A stretch of DNA of 64,000 nt from Dimorphilus gyrociliatus. Taxonomy: Eukaryota; Animalia; Annelida. Below are positions 52,497-64,000 of the stretch, one piece after another. Position 1 is the first letter of the stretch, and each line of letters begins with the position of its first letter. Under the pieces are notes generated by a model. The model saw only the letters and a program-made list of their open reading frames with translations. It was not told where the DNA came from and searched no databases. The DNA lies in assembly GCA_904063045.1 (NCBI GenBank), contig CAJFCJ010000002.1:3157891-3221890 (forward strand), read 5' to 3'. A program made the position numbers and the translations under genes.

Positions 52497-52508
52497 ACTA
52501 GGTGGCGC
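52497..52508 (+). promoter_or_regulatory. CTCF-like motif core ACTAGGTGGCGC between the divergent GluN3-like and SDR genes
   Basis: Matches the core ACYAGRKGGCRS of the known CTCF consensus but lacks the usual preceding CC. It lies about 170 bp upstream of the GluN3-like ATG. Confidence 0.35.
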
Positions 52509-53538
52509 CAATGACATATAAGATTAATACTAATGACAAATTTTGTCTACAGTAAATAGATGTCACAGGAAAAAGAGAATGCTAAAAATTACAATGAGTA
52601 CAAAATTAATCCTATAATCTCTTATTTATTTGAATAAGTGCCCAAATTTTTTAAATATATAATTATATAATGCATATACATGTATATTGTAGAATTAAAA
52701 GTTATAGTAAAATCTAAATATAAGACAAATCGGTTGACTTAATTTAGTCGCGTTCTGTTTTGTTGTTCTTAAATAGTAATTCAACTTGTACTAAGACAGA
52801 GATATGAGGAAAAGCTATGATAAAAGAGGAAGCCTAAGTAAAAGGGAAGGAAAAGATATCAGTTTCTATTTTTTTTAACATTTTATATGAGATATTTTTA
52901 GTAATAATGGCTAAACTTTATCTATAACAGCTTTGATTTTTTAAGGTAAAGAATAGGTAAAAAATATTGACAAACAAAACACTTTAATGGAGATGAACAT
53001 ATTTCCAATTCATTACGTACAATTTCGATCGTTTTTTACCTTAAAATGCAGTAGAATACTCTCGATCATTAACGATGGAATGATTGACCTGAATACATAC
53101 GATTTATCTTTTCTTTTTTGTTAGCAAGGCGTTAACATAATTATTATAGGCTTACATATTATATTTATAATAATAAAAAGTTGAACAAAAGCTTTAGACT
53201 TCTTGAGAGAAAATTTCTTAGATGTAATAAGCTAATTTATTAAATTTTGAAGGGAATATAAATCATATGAAGAGCTTTTGATGTTAAATTTAAGAAGAGT
53301 GAGAAGAGAGACAGAATCAAAGTGAGCAAAAAAAGAGACCTTTTCTGAAAAGAAGCGTTTCTTTTCTCCAATATGTTTTGTATGCTAAAATATAACTATT
53401 ATTTCTTAATGTTTTAACGAATCAATAAAATTCAATTAAGGTGACACCTACCGGATTATGACAATGATTCTAACCCGTATTTTCTGTAAGTTATAGTTTA
53501 TTTGAAATAAAATATCGTCAAAGTTAGTTGGAGAGAGT

Positions 53539-55304
53539 ATGTCGGATGATAAAGTTGCTATAATAACTGGTAATAGTTTGTATAAACGCTATAGTATTCA
53601 CAACTATCGTCTACATTTTTTATTAAATATTAATTGTTTACTGTAAATATTTCATATAATTTTTATGTCTGATACTTGTTGGATGAATGAAGACGTAAAA
53701 TATATATATATATATATGTGTGTACGCAAATGTTCATATTTATTTATAGGAGGAGGTTCCGGAATTGGAGCATCAACGGCTTTACAATTTGCAAAATTGG
53801 GTTATAGAGTTACTATAAATGGAAGAAATGAAGACAAGTTATTAAACTGTTTAAAAGAATTGAAAGAATTGGGAATTGATGAAAAAAGAGTAAAAATTTT
53901 ATTAATAACTTAAAATTATTGATTATATATCTAAAAGTAGTTTTAAAATGTTATTTCTTCCAAGTTAATTAATTTAAAAAAATAATTAATTTCTCAGCCC
54001 ATACTGTTCTTATTTAACTTACCACTCCTATATACTTGAAAGAGAATTGGATAAAGTTAATAGAAATAAAATAAAATTCATCTATATTTCGTCAGGTAAA
54101 ATGGATAGTTGGCGATATTAGCTTGGAAGAAGATGCTGAAAAACTTGTAATGGAGACAGTCAACACTTTTGGACGATTAGATGTTTTAGTAAATATCTAT
54201 TAATTAGTATCTACTTGAAAATGTTTTACTATAAAAAATATATGTACTGTATATATGTAAATTATGTATAAATTTTTAGATGAAAGTACTTTTAAGCTAT
54301 AATTATTCGATATACTATTTCTTTAAAATACGTATGAAAGTTTTACTTGTTTGCAGATTAATAATGCTGGCTACATTAAACAAGGAAGTATAGAAAAGTC
54401 GTCTTTGGAGGATTTTGACGCTATGTATAGAGTTCATATAAGGGGACCTTTACACCTTAGTAAATTGGCTCTACCCTATTTGGAAAGAACCCAAGGTTAT
54501 TACATTTACTTTATTTCGCTTCAACGACGCCTTTGATTGCTTTTTTTTTTCTTAAAAAACAAAAAAATATTTAGGTAATATTGTCAACATTGGTAGTGGA
54601 GTTGCATGGGATATTACGGTAAACCTTTAAAAACAATTAAAAATGATTCTAATGTACTTATTTTACTTATAAACATGCTAATCTCTTTGCGAAAAAGTTT
54701 CCATCAATGGCACCGTATATATTATCTAAATATGGTCTGAATTCTCTAACCAAATTATGCGCTAAAGGTAAACAATACAAAAAAACTACGATAAAGAAAA
54801 CACTATAATTACCTAAGTCAGCTAATTAAATCAAGGAATATTTTTAGAATTCAGCGAAAAAGGTGTGAGAGTAAACTGCGTTGTGTACGTAAACCTTTAA
54901 TAATTCTTCTATTCTATATAATCAGCCTAATTCTTAATATTTATGCTACTATATAAAAATTAATATATATCCAGACCGGGGCAAATAAGAACCAACCTAC
55001 TGGTAACTTCCGGATTTGCTACAACTTCCGAATTGGATAAAATTTACGACGGAGAAGCGAAACTTAATTTATTGAGTAAGAATTGTATTTGTTTTTTTTT
55101 GTATTTTTAGTGATTTTAGAGAAATAAGAATAATAGATAATCATGTAATGTTTTATAATTAAAGAAACAATCGGAGAAAGTAAACAAATAGCTGAAGCTG
55201 TAACTGTTCTAGCTGATAGTGAAAAGAGTTCATTTACTACTGGAGCATTCCTAGTTATAGACGGTGGCTTAAACCTAACTTCAACTTGTTTTGGAGGAGA
55301 TTAG
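53539..55304 (+). CDS. Classical short-chain dehydrogenase/reductase (264 aa), 9 exons: 53539-53569, 53750-53889, 54096-54188, 54357-54495, 54575-54618, 54698-54767, 54848-54884, 54975-55075, 55165-55304
   Basis: TGGGSGIG, GRN, LDVL|INNAG, NIGS, YILSK (YxxxK), GVRVNCVVPG and FTTG..LVIDGG. All junctions are phase-consistent; 795 nt total. Confidence 0.92.
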
Positions 55305-57022
55305 GTATACTACTCAAAAGTAAATTGAATTCACAAATGTATTGTATACTACAACGGTTAATGGTGGGTTATAACTAATACAATATTTTAAAACTATTTG
55401 ACTTGTTGAAATAGGCAAAAACATATACAATAATATAAAATGAGTTTATTTAATTAATATTCATTGATTTTAAATAGATAACGAATATAAGAAAATCTAT
55501 TTAACTATAGTAATACGTCAAATGGTGAAACTTATGTAAAATTTCAAATGATCCTCCTATGCAGTTCTTGTTATTTTACGAATTTAAATATTGTAAAATT
55601 GAATATTTTCTGACATATTTTTCCTATCCTTTTCCGGTTTTATCCACTTACATTAAATTTGTTCAATGCAATTTGAAAGTTAAGGAAATCTATAATGACT
55701 TATATTCTTAGTTAACATATTACTAATATAAATTTTTAGTATTCTCTTCTCTCCCACTTTTAGACTTTCTAATTTCTTAAACACTCTATTTATACTTGTT
55801 ATCTTATTTAGATAAATAATCTTGTAAAACCAAGAAAATTCCCTTAAAGTATATGCATCCAATAGAAAAAAAGTAGGAAAGTAACTTTGTTAAATTGGCA
55901 AAATCTAGAGAAAAAAAATCAATTTATGATTGAATCTTGCTATAAGATTAACTCGTGTCACATTCATCTTATTTCAATCCCATAAATTACGTTTTCTATT
56001 ATCTATTATATAAAACTTATGAATGGATTAATCATGATTATCTAAAAAAGAAATTAACTTTCTCTTCATACTTTCTGCAGAGGAAGGTTTTCTTATATAT
56101 ATATATATATATATATATACTAATACTTTCAAGACTATTCATATGAATTTCTATCGTATATTAAACTGAAAAAAGAAACTGATAAAGAGAACTAATTTTC
56201 TAGTTGAATGTAATTTTTTAAACTTTCTCATTTGTAGATATAAAGTGCTTTAGATGATAAATCCCTTTCTTAGTAGCATAATAGGATTATAGATTAAGTG
56301 CAATAAATATTTATTTACTCAAGTGAATATAAGTGAAAATACATGTCATAAAGATAGTATTAAACAAATAAATAAATAAAATACATATTAAGGCAATTCT
56401 AGAGATTCTTTTCTTATGGAATTACTAAAAGATAAAGTGTTTTTTTTTATATTAGTGTATTTAAAACAATAAAATTACTATCAATATAAATTGATAAAGA
56501 TAGTAAATTCCTGGTAAAAGATACCGTATAATCTATTTATAGATAATAAAAAATAGTTTTTTTAATAAACAAAGTATTGAATGTAAATAAACCAACATTA
56601 AGTGCTTTGCTATGCGTGAAAGTACGAATTCCTAAAGATAAGATAAGTAGAATTAGTTAAGAATTAGATTTAAATAACAATCTGTATATTTTAGACACTA
56701 GTATCATATTGCTGGTATATTAACCTATTAATTACTTAATGTATATATTGAACAAAGACAAATTCTAATCAATTATAAGGCATTATAGATTACATAAGTA
56801 ATTAAATTTGTGAGTATATTTGCCTAAGATGAAGCAAGAAAATATATTAAGTTTAACTATTAAAAATAATTGAAAATGTCTCTTTTTTTTCCATCTGGTT
56901 ACCTATGCAACTCAATTATTATTGTATACATATAAAAAAATCATACATTCTGCCTCTCACAATAAACATTTTTCAAAGTATAAGTCAATGAGTAACTATA
57001 GTATTTACAATGCATAGATTAT

Positions 57023-59656
57023 TCAATAGATTACATATGAATAATAGCTGAATAAAGTAACAAATAGAGTAACTGATGGATGAATTGTTGATGATGATGA
57101 CGGGGTAATTAATTTGCAGAAATCTGGTGGTAAATAGTTCTTTTTAACTTTTGGAAGTTTTATCGTTTTTTCATTTATCTAAAATATAAGAAATCACACC
57201 TTTTATTATCTTTAAATAGTTATTAAAATAGTAAGAAAATTTACCGGAAACGTTTTAGCGTTTCCTGTACAAACGGCAACAAATTCTGGTTTTTTTACAA
57301 ATTCTTGATATTCAACTTTCAGCTCTTTTGTCCAACCTTTTTCTTTAATGCTTTTATATGCAGTTGAAATTTTTTCCATATTCGGGTTACTTTGACAATG
57401 TGCTAAGCTAATTTTCGGATAATATCTGATGTATGCAAGGCACATTTCATCTCTCGTAGACAAACCTCCCTAAAGAGATCTTATTAAATTAATAATTCTA
57501 TACATTAAATGTGATTCAACCAACCTGAATCGTTTCACTATCTGTTTTGGTGTTGTAATAACACTCTAAAGTAAGCCTATCCCCCTATAAAAAGATATAG
57601 AGATATTGGATTACAAAATTATATAAAGTTATCAAGATTTGTCAGTTTACCTTTTTCAAAACTTTCATTGGTTTCATTAGTTTGTAGTCTTGATAGTTAA
57701 AATCATAACTGTCGTCATAAGTTATCGGCTCAATTTCTTCGTCTCCTCTATAGTGTCTTAAACGCATCTTAACGCCCTTTAAGTGAGCATGTAACATGAC
57801 GGAAAATATTTTAACTTCTTCTAATTTGTTTTCTTTGAAAGCCTAAGATCACATAATATAATTTTAATGGAGATTTAGAAGTCATTTTTCATTAGAACTC
57901 ACCTCATTCAGACATTCTTCACTACAATGACCCAAGGTAATGAATTCTTCAGTCTTTGGGGGAATTATTTGATATGGTCCAACAGTATGGCCAACTTCTA
58001 GGACAGCCTGATCATATTTTTTTAGTTTCTTTGTCAGCCATAATTTCACACCAGATTGATCGATGACATTTTTTACTCCAAATGGGTTATCGTAATGTGT
58101 TTCCATTCGGACATACAACGGTTTATCAGAACCTCCAAGTGGAAAGCCAACATCTTCAGGAAAAAATTCTTGCTATTAAATAAATAAGAAAATATAATAT
58201 GCCTTTCTCTCAGTGAGAGAATTATCAAATTACAATTAATTTTCATTTACCTCGCCCCCAACTGCCCAAGCAAATATAACGGTATCACATCCATTTAAAT
58301 GATCAGCCATATTTGTTTCATTGTTGTAGCATTCGTATGAAATTCCGACGTGACTGTCATCAACTGCATGATGACAGCTATAGACCAAAATATGATGTAG
58401 TATCTGAGAATGCTTTTCATCTAATATCGCCTTTGCCTATATTAGAAAAACCAAAATAATTATCTTAAATTTATTAAGAAATTGTTATGTATGTTTTACC
58501 GATATCACATGATGCTTTTCTATCATTGGAGGTATTTTAAATATTTCACATCTATAGAATGTATCCCTATCGTGTGGTAAGGAAAACTAAGAAATAGAGA
58601 AATATTAATTAGATTATTTTATTTAAATTATATGACAAACAGAGTTTGTATTACGTTAGAATTTCTTATGTCGTAGGTAAATGTATCTTTCAATCTCTCT
58701 TCTTGGTTAATAGTTTTCGCTAAATTTATTAAACTAACACTTTTTGTTCCTTTATTGTTTGTTCCGTGTTTGATAATTTTTTCACTGGGTTTTATGTCAT
58801 TATAAGCCCAAATAAGTCTCATTGTACTATTCCCCTGTAAACTTGAATGATCAGAATAAGTAATATTAATATATTTATAGTTTTACGGTTATAATTCTAT
58901 CGTTTTCATCGCATGTAATTAACTTTCGACGAAATTTCATTACTGTATAATCATCAGTCTCTTTTCCTAAAAGAAGTTTCCAATCTTGTTTTTCATCTAA
59001 AAGAGGTTCTTGTTCTCCTATAGCGTGTCTGTCCTGAAAACAGGTTTGTTTTGAATTACAGATTGACACGTAAAATGTGCTCAAATTTCTTAATAATTTG
59101 TTTAGTTATGTAAACAAATAGATTTCTTTAGAATAGAAAATTAGCTAAATTTCTTGAATTAATAATACTTTTTAAGCATTAATAGGTAAAACCAAATAAA
59201 GCTGATAAAAAAATATTGAATTATTAAATATTATCGTAGAAGGACTACTTAATGGAATTAAAATATACTGGCTTTTATTTAATTTAAGATCATTGAACTT
59301 AAAATCAGTCAGCATAAAATATTATTGATAATATATAATCTAAAAGTTTTATTATAGCCTATAAAATTAAACTTATTTTCTACCTCCAGCACTGGTTTAC
59401 CATTTGCAAACCATGCTAAAATCATATCAGAACCAGCCATTCCTCCATTTGGAGAAATTCCAAATCCAATCCAGCCTTTAGTTTTTACGTGTACCTCGAA
59501 AGTTATATCAACTTCGTTGTACTTCCAAAATACTTTGTAAATATCTGGAGTCTTTAAAATTAACTCATGTTGAAAGGTTTCAGTCGGGGTTTGAAATGTT
59601 GAAGACAATTGTAAAATTGCGATAAAGGTAAAAAAATGTACCAAAACTTTCATCAT
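57023..59656 (-). CDS. MOXD1-like: DBH-like monooxygenase copy A (591 aa), 10 exons: 59384-59656, 58887-59033, 58655-58834, 58500-58586, 58251-58436, 57903-58172, 57651-57842, 57525-57584, 57245-57469, 57023-57178
   Basis: Signal peptide, DOMON domain (GWIGFGISPNGGMAGSD), CuH ligands LHH and ETHY, CuM ligands HAH and EMC, and a C-terminal hydrophobic anchor. All introns are GT-AG, phase 0. Confidence 0.93.
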
Positions 59657-60776
59657 TCACTCTCTCTCTCTCTCTGACCAATTCGTCTACTTTACACTAA
59701 AGCAGAAATGAAAAAGAAGCCATATATATATAGCCGCTACTTACATAAATCCTATGACTAAGCGGCACGTGACTCTTTTTCTACCAACCTTTCACCCTCT
59801 CCTCCTGCTTGAATGTCGTCTAACAGACAAATTAAGTTGGTAACTTACGCAAAATTCCTAACTTTAAAATTGTTTACTAGGAATACATAGAGGAACAAAT
59901 TAAAGCAAAGCCATTCCTAGATTAAAGCAGATTTCTTGAGGGTGATTGACCGACTATTAAAACTTTATTTATTAATGAAAGTTCCATTTACTTAAATTAA
60001 TTATCTTAAGAAAAAGGCTTTATTATTTTCCTAGCCAACAACCAAAGTAATTTATTATTGTTTTTGTAATATAGACGTAACTTAAAATTTCGTTTACATT
60101 CAGGGGCGGAATGAATCATCGTTAACCATTTCAAACGAATAATTTATAATAGACCATATTATTTCAATAGGGAGACTGTATCTTTGCATTACAGAGTTTC
60201 CTCATTTTAGATCATTTTTACAAAGAAAAACTCTTTATTGCTTTAAGGGGAGAAAAAATTTTATTGCCGGGTTTAATTTAAACAGTACACTAGGCCAGTT
60301 AGGAATATACTAGGTCGACAATAGTATAGTAGGTCAATTTATTTAGTGATCAATAGGTCTCAATTTTTAAATAGTTTGAATAAATCCGTAGTTGAGGAGA
60401 AATTGCGTAATTGACAATACCACAAGACCTAAATATTACATTTGTAGGAATTATGACCATTTTTTTGTCATGTAAAGTATCAAAGATATCTTATAGATTC
60501 ATCACATATAACATACATAAATTTAGAGAGAGTATTTCAACTTCAATTATATTTGAATATAAATGTTCATAATTCTGTAATTTTAAATGAATATTTACTT
60601 AATTAGACATATAATAAAATTATATCTCATTATAAAAGGACTACGTTTTAAGGCTTGCAAAGTAAATTATATTTTTTTATAAGGGACTCAAAAAATCAAG
60701 AAAGAAGGAAAAATGATTTTCCTTGGTTTTAACAGTCGTCAAAGTAATTCATAGTTTTTCAGTAGTTGCTGCTTCT

Positions 60777-63196
60777 TCAAATAAACATGTTCATCAGAGT
60801 TGCAATGCAAAGAAGAATAGCAACTTTCGTATATTCATTTTGATTTCCTTTCGAGAGGCAAACATCTTCTCTTTCATATTCTTTTGTCGGTGGGGGAAAA
60901 TTGATCATCTCTCCATGTATCTGTTGATTATTAATCGATTATTAAAAAATGATTACAAATAAGTTATATTAAACAAATATTACTGGATAGCTCTCTCCTG
61001 AGCCAAGACAACGAACTCTAACGTTTCTTGTTTTAACCAATTCTTGGTATTTTGCAACTTTTGCAGGAGACCAATCAACATGATGAGAAGGAGGATCTAA
61101 TATTTCACCTAGAACTTCGGGATTTGGAAGACTTTGGCAACGAGAGAGATCAATTCTGGGGTAGTACTGGGTAAATGCGTAACACATTTCTTCCCTTGTT
61201 GTGAAACCACCCTAGTAAAATAAGCCATTGAGTACATATTCCTTGTAATAGTATTTTCCTGGAAAATTTAATAGAAAATTGTTTAACTAGATAATTTAAT
61301 ACTTACATATGTCGCATTTTTTTCATTTTCTGTGTTATATGAACATTCAACTTGAAGTCTGTCAGTCTAAAGTATATATCAATACCCAATGAGTCATTAA
61401 TAAATATATCTATAGTTGAAATATAATTAAACTAACCGCTTTTACGACTCTCTCAACTTCTAATTTTTGATACTCTTGAAAATTGAAATCATAAAACTCC
61501 TCAAAAGCAATTGGTTCAAGCTCTACTCCATCTCGAAAGTGACGAAGTTTAATTTGATAACCCTTTAAATGAGCGTGTAAGCCTACTGCAAATACTTTGA
61601 TCTCTTTAACATTTTTTCGTTCCAAACTCTGTGGATAACGAATAGTATTTCTAAAAATGGCATTCTCTCACATTTATACTAGAATCTTTCAAGAACTATC
61701 TATTTTCGTGCGGCAATCGAAAACAGAAATTGATTTAGGGCTATAAAATATATTATTACCTGACGAAGACATTCATTATAGCAATGTCCGATTGATACGA
61801 AAGGTTTTGCTTTAGGTGGGATAACATGAAGGTCTCGGCTGAGCACATGGCCTGCCTCTATAATGCCCGCATCGTATTTTCTTAGTTTGTTCGTAGTCCA
61901 TAGACGAAGACCGGAAGTGTCTATAATACCATCCTTTAGGGCTGGATTATCATAGTGAGTTTCCATTCTCACATACATTGGATCGTTTGGACCGCCTAAT
62001 GGAAATCCTATTTCTTCAGGGAAGAACCAAGGCTGCTCATAAAAAGAAATATAATTTTATATTTGCATTTCCATTGGAGTAGATTTTGCAGTCAATTACC
62101 CCTCCACCTATAGCCCATGCGAACATAATAGTATTACACGAACTGAGAGCACTACTTTTCGACTCATAGCAATTCCATGTAGTTCCCACCTCCGAACTTA
62201 AATTTCCAGCGCAGCCATATATTATTATATGATGGACCAAAGTTTTATGGTCTTGGTTTATAAGTGGGTCAACCTTTAAACAAGAGAAAGATAAGTTATT
62301 GATATTTTATTACTGTTTAGTATTTTGACCTACCACAACTACGTGGTGCTTTCCGGGAGGATGGGTCAATTTGAATATTTCACATCTATAGACTGTATCT
62401 GTATTGTTTGGTATGCGATACTGAAGAATATTAAAAAAGTTAAGGTAATGTACTGTATATAGATCGTATCTAATTATATAAAATGACAAACCGGTGTGTG
62501 TGTTATATCAATAGGAAAGGAGTCTTTTATTATATCCCCGGCGTTGTTTGGGGGTCCTTCAGCTAGTAGTGCCACACTGGCAGTACCTCGCATCTCGGTA
62601 CCATGATAAATTGGACGATCTATAGGCTTTAGCGGATTAAAGGCCCATATCAGTCTATTCGTTCCTTTCTGAAGTTTTTTATTTCAATTAATAGGATTGG
62701 AGATATTATAAAATTTATTCTTACTTTGATTTCAAGATCCTTATCATCACAGGTATTTAGTTTTCTATTAAATTTTGCAATTGTAAATTCTCCTTCTTCT
62801 TTAAGGGAATCTAAATGCCAATCTTGCTTTTCGTCTTTAATAGGTTCAATTTTATCAACGGCGTGTCTATCCTAATAGAGAAGAGTCAGCATTTTATATT
62901 AATTTTATATTATTGTTTCAAATAGGATATACCTCAAAGGTTATTTTATTATCAGTACCCTTCCAAAACATTACAATATCTGATCCAGGCATACCCCCAT
63001 TAGGAGAAACACCAAAGCCAATCCAACCTTTAGTTTTAGCGTGAATTTCAAACGTTATAGTGTTGTCATCATACTTCCAATAAACTTTGTAAATGTCAGG
63101 CTCTTTTAAAACAAATTCTCTCATATACTCTTCCGATGGAGTAGGAAAAGATAGAGAACAATGTATTAATGCTATAAAAATAAATTTCTTCAACAT
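60777..63196 (-). CDS. MOXD1-like: DBH-like monooxygenase copy B (581 aa), 10 exons: 62933-63196, 62725-62871, 62492-62668, 62334-62420, 62100-62273, 61760-62032, 61437-61628, 61307-61366, 60984-61211, 60777-60920
   Basis: Same domain order and copper ligands (VHH, ETHY, HAH, EMC) and the same intron positions as copy A. It ends SKGNQNEYTKVAILLCIATLMNMFI*, a hydrophobic or GPI-like tail. The ORF-track start at 63229 is TTG; the in-frame ATG is at 63196. Confidence 0.93.
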
Positions 63197-64000
63197 TATG
63201 AGGTCCTCGCCATACCATTTACTATACAATTTTCTGTTTATATATCCTAATCCTCATCAATATTTATAGGTCATCCTATAATAAAGATAAAAAATTTATC
63301 TTACGTTCTAACAAGTTAACACATTCGACGATGAGTCAAAATCATGTGTCATGGTTTTTCCCATCCTCTAAATGGGAAGACCATTTGAATCATTCGTATT
63401 TTGGTTTTATTAGTCTCTTTTAAAATCAGTTGGTTTATTAATTGTAACAAAAGTAATAAAACAGTGTATGCCCATGATGATTCAATCATTTTATCACAAT
63501 TTAAGTGTAATATAAACTTTGGTTAACTTTTCTCTTTAAATAAATAAAACTTATAAATATCCATTTCGCTATAACGTAATTTGGTTTTTAATTCAGATAT
63601 GTTTTTTTTTTTAAAAAAAAAATAAATACTTTTTTCTTTCTTTTTTCTGAAACTTTGGTAAAACTTATAGACCGTTGAATTCTTTACGTAACGCCATCTT
63701 ATGTCTATTGAGTAAACTTGGTTGAGGCGTACAAAGGATTACGAGCTCCACGAATATTTGTAAAGCATAAAGAAAATATGTTATATTATTATTGTTGGAT
63801 ATTTTTAATTTTACTTGAATTACATAAAGCTTTAAAGAGTATATAGCATATCCTGTTATTTCTAAACTACTTTCGAATATTATTTTCTCTAGTCTCTTCA
63901 ATTTCCGTTAGAGATAAATCTAGAATTTAGTTATTACCCTTCATCCTTAACCAATAACATAAACGAGTAAAATAATATCATTTTCCCCCTAATACTTTTA

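Noticed and set aside
63665-63901. 78-aa minus-strand ORF at the window end
   Set aside because: Low-complexity AT-derived sequence with no convincing splice or domain signal.
1-64000. tRNA, rRNA, snRNA genes, CRISPR arrays and intact transposons
   Set aside because: By eye I saw no tRNA box motifs with cloverleaf context, no spaced direct-repeat arrays, no transposase/RT ORFs and no long terminal inverted repeats. Small ncRNAs could be missed without covariance-model searches.

Overview
AT-rich eukaryotic DNA with spliceosomal GT-AG introns, mostly 49-95 nt. The gene content and compactness suggest an invertebrate, probably a lophotrochozoan such as a small-genome annelid; this is inference and the species cannot be confirmed here. 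All exon structures were reconstructed by hand from splice signals and reading-frame phase. Left to right: (1) a TRIM-like E3 ligase locus (-) in which one RING exon is phase-compatible with two tandem paralogous terminal exons, each encoding coiled-coil plus a putative beta-propeller; (2) ARP5/ACTR5 (-); (3) NEK2 (+); (4) a cluster of an unrecognised secreted Cys-rich pro-protein family (-), with two intact 4-exon genes and one pseudogene between them; (5) a 257-aa FAM217-like gene (-); (6) a 24-kb GluN3-like NMDA receptor subunit gene (-) with an unusual Q/H pore tip, an extra ATD exon, a possible micro-exon and a TAATG-overlapping uORF; (7) a 9-exon classical SDR (+); (8) two tandem MOXD1/DBH-like monooxygenases (-). 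Non-coding DNA carries many microsatellites and a strong excess of TATA-CAG/CTG-TATA motifs that match Tc1/mariner excision footprints. I found no rRNA, tRNA, CRISPR array or intact transposon. The best candidates for novelty are the RING locus with swappable last exons, the Cys-rich secreted family and the transposon-footprint signal.
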